From positions 32,001 to 96,000 of IMG/VR virus record IMGVR_UViG_3300046820_001062: a stretch of DNA of 64,000 nucleotides. One strand, 5' to 3'. Each line of letters starts with the position of its first letter. Positions within the stretch are counted from its first letter, which is position 1. The translations under genes and the position numbers were made by a program. This stretch comes from a virus. Shown here one piece after another: positions 20,600-31,100 of the stretch. Below the pieces are notes generated by a model. That model worked only from the letters and a program-made list of their open reading frames with translations. It had not been told where the DNA came from and searched no databases.

Positions 20600-23500
20600 T
20601 TAGTCAAGATATTCTATCTCTCCTCCCATTGCAAGAATGCGCTTAATCTCTTCTTCATCAGCATAAAACTCACCGCCTTCAGCATAGTGTCTAGTTGCTG
20701 GAATGAAAGGAATTAAACCACCATATCTAGCAGATGACATCTTAGTTCCAAAGTCTTGAATAGGGGTATTGGCAACTAAACCAAAATTAGAAGCAGGTCC
20801 TGCGTTTAATGTGTAATTACCAAAAGGATTAATAGCATTTTGAGGATTGTATCTGTTCATTGTGTTGCCAATTTCCTTCAATCTTTGTTCATATTCTTTT
20901 TGATAATCTTTAGCACCAAGTACTTGATTAACCATTCCTAATCCAGCAAGTGCATTATTAGCAGCAACAATACCTGCAGTATCACCACGTTTTGTTTGAG
21001 TAAATCCATTTGCTGTTGGTGAAGTAGTTCCAGGTTGTGCATTACCACCAGGTGTTTGAGCTGTTTCTACACCTCCCACACTTGTAGCTGTTGCAGGTGT
21101 GTTTGCAGCTTTAAAGCCAGCAAGATACTGCTGATAATCATTCATATCTCTACCTTCTTCACCCATAAGACCTCTACCATTTTGAGCCATCCATTCATCA
21201 TATGTTAATGGTGTATCACCACCATCTTGATATCTACGCATAGTACCACCATATCTAGCTAAATTCTCATAAGAAGGACCAGATGGATATCCACCATCAA
21301 AATCACCAGGACCCATAGGACCTGAAGGAATCATGTTATCTTTTCTTCTTTTCTCATTAAGAGGAGAATCCTGATACATTTCAGGAGATGACCAATCTTT
21401 CATAATAGCATCTTGTTTTTCTTTTCTTGCTTGTATTACATCTTGAAGTTTACCTGATTCTTGTGTTTCAGGGTTTACAACATATTCTGTGGTCTTTGGT
21501 TTTGCAAACAACTTCTCATAACCAAGAACTGCACCAGATAATCCAGCAGCAGCGCCAGCAATGCCTTTTACTGTACCAAGCAAACCTTTGTTAGGTAAAG
21601 CCCAAACCATTGATCTTGGATCTCCAAGTGAATTTGCTGCAGCCAAGCCTCTGTTCCAAGAATTATTCTTTAATGAATTAAGAGTATGTGATTCAGTTAC
21701 ATCAGTTCTTTGATCTCCTGCTGTATATGTATCATAATCATATGCTCCACCATCTTGCATTTTAGTTTTAGCCATTTCTAAAAACTTTTGCAAATCATAC
21801 TTAACACCTTCACGTTCAAAATCAGCCATCATGTTTTTAGCAATTTTTTGCCTGTTCTGTGGATCATTAACTTGTGTCAAGATATTTGCAATTCCTTCTA
21901 CCATTTCAACATCGTTTTCACCACCTTCTGCCCATGTACCAAAACGTTTATGCCAGTATAATGGACTGAATGGATCTTTTGCTTTTGCAGAATCTCTTCC
22001 ACCCATTCTATCCCAGAATCTGTCTTTGCGTTTCTCAGAACCATGTTGTTTAAAATCTTGCATTCCTTTCCATCCGCCATGCACCACTTTATACTGATCA
22101 CCTTTCTTTGCAAGAACCATCCATTTTTTACCAGGACGTGTTGACTGTTTTTTAACACCAACTTTTGTAAAGCCCATATTCTTATAGCGTGAAGGAATAG
22201 TTCCTCCTTCTGCCATTTCATAAAGTTGACCACCAAGTTCTTTTGCAAAGTTTCTAGCAAAGTTTGCTTTCTTAACCATTTCAGGTGAGTACTCTTCTTT
22301 ATTATTTAAAATATGTTCAGCAGCTTCTTGCACAGACATTCCCATTTTAGTTGCTTGTGCTTTAAATGTACCTTTTTTTCTAGGGTTTATTTTAATACCA
22401 CCATATTTCATTTCATCATCTGACTCTAATAATTCAGAAGAAGTATCTTCAATGTCTTCTGTATCTAAAGGAACATCTTCTTCTTCCATATCAGATTCTG
22501 CAATATCATTCATTGCTGATTGAATTATTCCTTGTCCTTGTTCTTCTGACAAACCTTGTTCCATTAACATCTTAAGAATATCATCAGGATTAGTTCCACC
22601 TTCTAACATCATGGAGATTTCTCCTAATGCATCATCAATATTTCCTGTCTTTTGTGATTCTTCAGATTCTTGTTGTTGAGGTTGCATTTCTCCACCATAT
22701 TGTTTTACATAGAAACCACCATCTGGTGCAGGCGCCCATGATTCACCACTTGCTAAAAATTCTTGATAGTTTGCAGGATTATTAGGATTACCAGAAGTAG
22801 CTACAGGTTTTCTTACTTGTGCAGCAATCTCTTGTTTCTTTCTAGCTAACATTGCCTCATCAAAAGCTTGTTGTTGTTGTGCTGTTGCGTTATCATAGTT
22901 TACAAACTTTTTAAGATTATCTGCTTGAGGTCCTGCAAAGTTTCTATTTGCAGATGCAAAATCAGAACCATAATCAGTTCTTACACCATTAATCTCAGTA
23001 CTAACTTTTGGTACCATTTGATTAAGAGTTTTTAATCCTAAGAATCCATCTACTCTAGAGATACCATTCTTAAAACTATTTGCTGTTTTAACACCCATTT
23101 GACCAGATGCAGTATTACCTGCAGCCATGTTTAAAAAGTAAGATTGATAGTCTTTTACTTTGTTACTATCAATTGCAGCATTAGGATTTTCTTGATTGTA
23201 TTTTTTAATCAATTCATATCCTAGTTTTTTATCATGATTGTATCTATCATCAGAAGCAGCACCACTTTTCTTTGCATACTTTACAAACTGATTCCAATTA
23301 TTAAGATCTTGTGGAGACAATGAATTTGTTTCAGGTTCTCCACCATATTCCATTTGACCACCACATTCCATACAACCACCATTCATCATTTCTGGAATAT
23401 AACCACCAAATGCATAATCACTTACTTCCATACCAAATTCTGCTTTTCTCCAGCTTCCACCTTTTTCTTTATACCATTTTGCAGCATAACCATTTGCGTA

Positions 23501-25132
23501 TGCAGAAGGATAGACATCATATTTAGATTTGGCAGCAGCCTTAGCTCTTGACCATAATTCAGGATTAGTAGGAACATTTCCTCCTTTTGCCATCATGTCT
23601 AGTTCATTATAATCTTTCATTGTAAAGTTGTTTTCTATTAAATTTTCTCCACCAAACTCATTTCTTTTATGATTATAGTCAATGCGTTTACTTGAAGTTT
23701 TTGATCTTTTAAATTTATCTTTTTCAGATTGACTTAATTCTGAAGCTGTTTTTGGTGTGTCACTGTTTACTCTTTTTGAAGGTCTACACGCAGGATAACC
23801 AGCACGTTTTTCTCCTTCTTGTCTTCCACACTCTTTTCCTGTTTTTACATCAATCCACTTCTCAGCAAACCATCTATCTAATCCACCATGTTGTCCTCCA
23901 TCTTTAGCGTAAGGACTAAATTGATTAGTTTCTTTTTTAGATATAGTATTTAACATGTCTACAATTTGTTTATCATTGTAAACATCTCTTAATTGTTCCA
24001 ATGGATCATACCCTGTTTTAATATGATCTTTATATTTTTTTAAAATTTCAAGTGTAACTTTTTGATTAAATGGATTATATAATCCTTGATTTTTTGCATT
24101 ATATCTAAAATTCAAAAGTCTAGCTCTTGTTTCTGTAGGATCAGCTACATAATTTTGAAACTCACTTAACTGTCTTTTTCCATCCTTACCATATGCATAG
24201 GTTTGTATTTTTTTCAAATCTGAATCTGGCATTAAATAACCAGATGCATCTGAAGCATGACCAAGTTCATGTACTAAAGTTTGATTAGCAGCATCTAAAT
24301 AAGACTCATCATGTAAATGTATATCATAATTATTTTTTGGAATAAGGGCTGCAATGCCTGCATACTTTTGAGAAGGTGCAAAAATATAACTGTTTAAACC
24401 AGTTTTACTAAACAAATCATTTGCACCTGTTAATTCATTTTTTCTTGTTGCAAAACCTGCCGTACCTGAATTTGGATCACTACTAGATTCTTTACTATCT
24501 AACTGTTTATTAAAGTTTTTAAATGTATGTACATTTACATTAGCTTGTTTAATTAAAGCGTTTCTGTCATTAATAATTTTATCAGCATATATGTAGTTTA
24601 TTCCAGAAGGATCATCTTTATCTACACTATCATATAACATTTGCTTACCCATGGCAGAGTTATTCCAATTGGTTAAAAACTGTCTTTCTGCAAATGCTTG
24701 ATTTGTTAATGGAGGCAGCATTCCTGCTTGTCTAAGTTTTCTTGTATCTGCATTTGGATTCAATGAGCTAGCACCACCATACTGCATTTTCCAATTAGAA
24801 GATGGTTGCTCTAATTCAGGTTGCATTGTATAATCAGTAGTTATTTCTGAACCTACAGGTAAATCTTGTGCAGCAACTAAATATCTTTGATTACCCTGTG
24901 CTATGCTAATAGCATTTGGTTCAAAAGAATGATTATGAAATTTTCCTATTTTACCAACAGGTTGTCCATTTGAATGAGCAAGTCCTATAACTTCACCTTC
25001 TCTTATGTTTTTATTTGTAAAAAGCCCTTTACCTTGAATTTTACTTTTATCAACAAAAACATTATTTTCTTCTTGAGCTTCTTGCGCCCTAGAAGAAATA
25101 AACTTCATCAATATTTTATTCTTATCATTCAT
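20600..25132 (-). CDS. Modular cargo polyprotein (1510 aa): SET domain, zincin-like domain, small basic modules, repeated xxxGG junctions
   Basis: SET motifs GKGLFT / FHNHSFEPN / EITTDY (aa ~25-101). HELGH at aa 288 with downstream ETRAR. About 18 (M/Y/W/A/K/L)-x-x-G-G motifs between modules. Start overlaps the muzzle stop (TAATG). Confidence 0.75.
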   Translation of the reverse strand: MNDKNKILMKFISSRAQEAQEENNVFVDKSKIQGKGLFTNKNIREGEVIGLAHSNGQPVGKIGKFHNHSFEPNAISIAQGNQRYLVAAQDLPVGSEITTDYTMQPELEQPSSNWKMQYGGASSLNPNADTRKLRQAGMLPPLTNQAFAERQFLTNWNNSAMGKQMLYDSVDKDDPSGINYIYADKIINDRNALIKQANVNVHTFKNFNKQLDSKESSSDPNSGTAGFATRKNELTGANDLFSKTGLNSYIFAPSQKYAGIAALIPKNNYDIHLHDESYLDAANQTLVHELGHASDASGYLMPDSDLKKIQTYAYGKDGKRQLSEFQNYVADPTETRARLLNFRYNAKNQGLYNPFNQKVTLEILKKYKDHIKTGYDPLEQLRDVYNDKQIVDMLNTISKKETNQFSPYAKDGGQHGGLDRWFAEKWIDVKTGKECGRQEGEKRAGYPACRPSKRVNSDTPKTASELSQSEKDKFKRSKTSSKRIDYNHKRNEFGGENLIENNFTMKDYNELDMMAKGGNVPTNPELWSRAKAAAKSKYDVYPSAYANGYAAKWYKEKGGSWRKAEFGMEVSDYAFGGYIPEMMNGGCMECGGQMEYGGEPETNSLSPQDLNNWNQFVKYAKKSGAASDDRYNHDKKLGYELIKKYNQENPNAAIDSNKVKDYQSYFLNMAAGNTASGQMGVKTANSFKNGISRVDGFLGLKTLNQMVPKVSTEINGVRTDYGSDFASANRNFAGPQADNLKKFVNYDNATAQQQQAFDEAMLARKKQEIAAQVRKPVATSGNPNNPANYQEFLASGESWAPAPDGGFYVKQYGGEMQPQQQESEESQKTGNIDDALGEISMMLEGGTNPDDILKMLMEQGLSEEQGQGIIQSAMNDIAESDMEEEDVPLDTEDIEDTSSELLESDDEMKYGGIKINPRKKGTFKAQATKMGMSVQEAAEHILNNKEEYSPEMVKKANFARNFAKELGGQLYEMAEGGTIPSRYKNMGFTKVGVKKQSTRPGKKWMVLAKKGDQYKVVHGGWKGMQDFKQHGSEKRKDRFWDRMGGRDSAKAKDPFSPLYWHKRFGTWAEGGENDVEMVEGIANILTQVNDPQNRQKIAKNMMADFEREGVKYDLQKFLEMAKTKMQDGGAYDYDTYTAGDQRTDVTESHTLNSLKNNSWNRGLAAANSLGDPRSMVWALPNKGLLGTVKGIAGAAAGLSGAVLGYEKLFAKPKTTEYVVNPETQESGKLQDVIQARKEKQDAIMKDWSSPEMYQDSPLNEKRRKDNMIPSGPMGPGDFDGGYPSGPSYENLARYGGTMRRYQDGGDTPLTYDEWMAQNGRGLMGEEGRDMNDYQQYLAGFKAANTPATATSVGGVETAQTPGGNAQPGTTSPTANGFTQTKRGDTAGIVAANNALAGLGMVNQVLGAKDYQKEYEQRLKEIGNTMNRYNPQNAINPFGNYTLNAGPASNFGLVANTPIQDFGTKMSSARYGGLIPFIPATRHYAEGGEFYADEEEIKRILAMGGEIEYLD

Positions 25133-28100
25133 TACCTTGAACTATTGAGATGTTTTGAATTTGTTAGTTTTAAAATCATTTTTTTATCACCACTTACATT
25201 CTTACGCAAGATTACTTTGTTACCATAGTGTCTAAACTTCTTATGTTCAGTAGGTGTCTTAAAGTAATTTACATAATCAGGATTAATTGTTCTTTCATAA
25301 CCTGAACATTTTGTAATCCACATAGGTGTGTCATTACCAGAAAACTCACCTCTATCTTTTGTAACATCCCAGAATTGATTAAATCTAAATCTATTTTCTT
25401 CTTTAGAATAAAGAATATCAATACCTGTTGTTGTTGCTTGTGGATAGTTTACTAAATCTAAAGGATTATTTTTACCTTTAAGTTTCAGTTTAAGTAATCC
25501 AGACATTTGCTCAGAGTTATGTATAATAGCTCTGTCAAAGTTTTCATCTAAGATATGATTAAAATCTTTACCATCATTGAAGAATTTATAAACGTCTAGT
25601 GTGTATTCAATACTTCTTAATGTAGTGATGTTATTAGGTGTTGTCACAGGGTATTCTACTTCCCATGGATAATCTACACCATAGTAGTTAGCAAAACTAT
25701 CCCAGCGATCATTGTGTTTCCAAAATCCTCTACCTTTAATTGTAAAGAAGTGTTCATGTGACGGCATCAACAAACTAGGTTTCCAATCATGGAAACTAAT
25801 CCATAACTTTTGTTTAGGATCATAACTGATAGTCCAACCACATGGTTTAAAACATTTAGGATCATCATAAGCACAAGGGCATTTGATAATTGTAGGCTTA
25901 TTTACAATAACTTCTAATTCACATATTGTACTTTGATCTCCTCTAACACTAATCAAACTATAAGTAGTAGTTGCTGTTGGTGTTACAATCATTGAATCTA
26001 CAGGGTTAACTGTATAATTACCAGGCATCAATGTAACTGAATCTGGATTACCTGTTACAGACCAAGTTAAATTGATTGATTCTCCTTCATTTATAACATA
26101 AGGAACAGAATCAAATGTGCACTCTAAAGTAACAGGAGGACATGGAACATTTAAAATTGTATCTGATATAATACTACCTACTATACCAGTTGCAGCTTGA
26201 CTTTTTGTACCACCTGTAGTATTTGCATAGATGTCATGAATTAAAGATATGGTAGGAGCAACTGATGGACTAGTTACACCAACACCTGTTGCAATTGGAA
26301 ATATTTTAATATCTGCTGCTGCAGCATTGTTTGCAATAGTCTGTGCATTAACATCGTCTTGACCAACAACATAGTAATCATCTGTACCAGATGGTCTAGC
26401 ATCTGTAATCATAATGATTAACTTAATAGCATCTGTCCTAAATGTACCTGCGTCACCATCAACTGCCATTTGAATACCAACATCTGTTGGTTCTGGTTCA
26501 TTACAACCATTACCTAAAGTTACTGCTTGTAATGCTGCATTAAAAGCTGTTATGTTATTAGCTGACATTGAATGCCTAACCACGTTGTCTAATGCACAAG
26601 TTTGATTTACAGTGATTAATCCAAATCTGTAATCATTGTTTGATTTTGTTACAGCATCTGCAGCAATGTTTGATATACTAGTTTTTAAGTTATTCAATAC
26701 ACCACCCATACTACCAGTAATATCTAACACAAAAACCAAATCTAATGGTGCAGTACAGAATACAGGTTCTTCAGCCATTAGCATCATAGCTGGTCTACCA
26801 GCAACAGATATTTCACCTAATGTTCCTTGTAATGATATTGATGGTGTTTCTCCGCATGAATACACAGGAGTAACAGAAATTTTATAATGTGAATCTAAGT
26901 TTAGGGTTTCACTTTGTGGAACAGAACCTGAAAAATAGTTTATAGTTGAAGGTATAGTATAAGTATTTGCAGGATAACTTAATGTTTCTCCTTTCATAAA
27001 TGTACTATAGGTATAGTCACCCATAAAGCTATCATAAGTTCCTAACCAAATCTGAATAAGATATTGCTGTGGATTTTCTTGATTTGATGCTAATGTGGGA
27101 TGACTCCAATCTACAGTAACAGTTCCATCTTCATTTAGCCCACCTACAGTCATAGATGTAATTTGTGTTGGTACACATTCAGAAGGAGTACTACCGCCAC
27201 CTGTAGTTCCACATATGTAATATGGTACACCAGATGGATCATCAAAATGTAAATCTGATCTCAAAGGAACGTAGTCTTTCTTAGTAAAGTATACTAATTC
27301 ATACTGAGGATCATAAATAGACTGTACACCAATACCTGCAACAGGGTTGTCATAAAGTGGATAATCAGGATATTGACGTAGTAACTCTGAAGGTAAGTTT
27401 TCTGCAAACCAGAATTTCATACCATTTCTAGATATCTCATCAAGACTGCCGGCATAATGCATAATTTTACCTGACTTCTGAGAAGCATAAAATAAACCAT
27501 GTGGAGTATTTACAGCTGATCTTGAAGAAATACATGCACCATATTCTAATGCGTCATCAGCATTAGTAAGACTTTGCATGTTTTGTTGGAATAATCCACC
27601 ATCACCAATTGTAATTTTAACACCACCTTTAGTCTGTAATTGATCAACACCTACAAATTGTGTAGGTTCTGCATTCTCAAATAATATTACAGCACCTGTG
27701 CCATTTAAAGATTTTATTGTGCTGATTTTTCCTCCAAAATCTTTATAGTTAAGTGGTAAAAAGTTTCTCCAGTTATCTCGTTTGAGACCTGACTGCTGTT
27801 GGAGAGAGTACACTCCACGTTTAGGGTAGTACTCAAAACATGTGCTATATATGGTTGGGTCATAGTCTCTTGGGAGAATTTGTCCCCAGGTAGCAAAGTT
27901 GTTGAACAGTTTGGATGTGCTAAGTGATAAGTCATACTTGTTATAAATTGGTTTGGTAATCAAATCTGATCTGAACATCAATTGCTCATCATTAAATGAA
28001 TTACCATATACATCATAGAACTTTTGAAAATCTTCCTCACCATAGTCTCTAAAAGCCATGTTAAGTTCAGACTCTGTGTAAAAATCTCTGATACCATTAT

Positions 28101-31100
28101 GAAATAAATATGCAAAACACTTTCTTAAAGTCCATGTACCAGTTCCACCAGCTCTGTCCATTCTATGAAAACTACTTGGTGTTGTAAAATTTAATTGTGG
28201 TACAATTCCCAAAAATCCTCCTAATGATATATTCATGTCAAAGTCTGTTGTATCAAACTTATCATAATCAATCCAATATCTTGGAGCAGGGCCATTTACA
28301 TAATTTCTATAATTGTACTCAGTAGTATTTGGCATGTCAAACATCCATGTGTTAAAGAACATGTATGGATTTTTTTCAGTGTATCTGTTAATATAGATAT
28401 CACCACCAAATATAACAGAAGTGTTATACTTTGTTATTAACTGAGGAGTTGTTGAATATATACATGAATCTGTTGGCAATTGAACAATAGAACTCAATTG
28501 ACCATACTGATTTTCAAAATCAACTTTTAATGCACCATAATAAGCAACAGTATTTGTTGTAATAGAATCTTTAACAGGATTAGAACGATCAATGCCACCA
28601 TCCTGAACTCTATGTTTTGTATTATCAGTAGTTGAAGAAACATCTGGTAAATCTGATGTTAACTTGACAGCTACATATTTGTTTCTATTTAGATTGTTAA
28701 TTCTATATGTGGCATCAAAATCATGAATACCTGAACCAATATATTTAGCTCCTGAATCTGCAACTTTTCTTCTAAAGGCTCTTGGTAAACCAGAAGGAAC
28801 AGATGAGTTAGAAACAGGTGAGTATGAATCATAAAAACCATGACTGTTATATTGAAGCATGTACTGTCTTTCTTTACCAAGTTTTCTAAAAATTTCTAAA
28901 ACTTGATCTGTACCTTGCCCCCAATAGTATGCTCCTGAAGCAATCATCACAGCAATACCTGCAATTGTTGTTGCCACACTACCAGATCCCCAAACACTCA
29001 ATGCACTTGTTGCTCCACCTAAAATAAGATCTCCTATTGCAGAAGCTGGTCCTGATTCTCTTGATGCTTCAGCGCCACCCAAATAAGCACCTGTACCTAG
29101 AGCTAATGCCCAAGGATCATTTTTTGCAGTGTATGTAGTTTTACCTACAGCTGCTACTAAAGCAATACCTAAACCAATAATTCCAGCAGTTACAAAAGCA
29201 CCATCTGTTAAGATTACATGTTTAGGATGTTTATGAGGATATTCAAACTTACCAATTACTTTACCTCTTTCCTCTGTGTATATTTTAACATAGTTTGAAC
29301 CAATGTATGGTTTAACAAAATTTGTTTCTACAGCATGAAATGATAAATAATTTCTCTTATGAGTATCTAATTTTGATGCAGATTCTACGCCAGATTGACT
29401 TCCTTTTCCTTCATCAAGAATAGAATAGTCATTACTTAAGAAGTTATCAGGTCTAATATCATTGTAAGGATAGTTTTGAAATAATCCTTTTCTACCAGTA
29501 CTACCTTGAATATCAAACTCAAACATGTTGTTAAATAAACCTTTAGCAACAATAGTTCTATTTCCTTCTCTTGAACCCCTTAATATCTCATAACCTACAA
29601 TATCTTTGATTGCTTTTAAATCCTCGTCAACTGGATGTTGTATGTTTGAAAATTGAACACCAAGATTATAAATATAATCACCACCTTGACTATGAATATG
29701 AATTGTTTCATTAGAAGGCATTTTGTGGTGTCTAATTGGTTTACCACATAGTGTACCCCATACTTCAGGTTTATCATCTGGATATTTTTCAGTTGATTCC
29801 CAGTATGCCATATCACCTTTAGCAATAATAACACCGCCATCTTTGGTTGTACCAGATGCTAAATATTTTGTAGCAGTATCATATACTTGCCAAACTTGAG
29901 TTTCGTTTGAATAAACAACATCTGATGTTGACACAGAAGCTGTATCAGCAGGAGTTGCTAATCTACCAGGAATATGAAAAGAAGCACTTCTTGCACCAGT
30001 TTTGTATACCCATCTAATAAAGAATGCATACACTTCATCACGCATGTATCCTGTAACATTACCGCCATTGTGATAATATGAAGAAGGATATTGTGCAGCA
30101 ACCCATTCTACTTTGATATCATTTGCTTGTTTCTGATAATTAAAATAAGGTTGAGTAGTTACCCCAGTTCTGATAAGATAGTTATTGACAGAGTGCATTT
30201 TCTCACTCTTTTCATAAACTACAGATTTTAAAGGTATTACTGCAAGTTCAACTGTTGGTAAACTTTGATTATATAAGTCAAGATGTACTGATGTTTGTCT
30301 AATTGAATAGTTACCAATTTTTTTAGCAATAGTTTGCTGATTAATTACAGCAATAACAACAAGTTCATATTCATCATAATCCTTGTCTAAGTTCTCTATT
30401 GTAATATCTAATGCACCACCTATTCCAGTATGATCCCACAATGCTTGTGGTTGACTTGGAATAGAATAGTCAGTAAGTCTTATTCCATTTTCAGAATAAG
30501 CTACAACAGCCATGTAACTACCATTATTTAACTGACCAGCTCCTTGAGCCTTTTTTACAGTAACGCAAGGTTGTGTTACAAGAGGATGTAATCTTATAGC
30601 ATCGCAATCTAGCTCTGTGGTATATTCAGGAATAAAACAATCCTCATCTTGTGATAAGTTGTTACCTGTAGTTTTATATGGAACCCTATCAAGATTTAAT
30701 ACTCTATCAGGATTTAAATTGTCTTGAAAATATGTTGAATAAGTACAGTCATAGTTTTCCTTTGTGACTGCAGTAATCAAATGTGTTTTTTTAAAACCAA
30801 GACATGGATCATTTACAACTTTTGTATATGAACAATCTCTTTCATCAAAGATACCTATCTCTGATGAAACATCATTTGTAGAGAATATAACCCAAGATGT
30901 TTTAGACTTGTGAGAAATACCAATAACATCATAAGTTGCGTTTACACAAAACTTATTAGAAGGTTCATTTCCTATGGAACCAGTCTCACCATAGTGAGCA
31001 TTGTTAATAGCATTTACCGCATTAGTCCAAAGACCTTCTGAAATGTAAATATCAGTATAGTCTTTGACCATACCTTTATTAAAGGCATTTGTCTTGGCAG

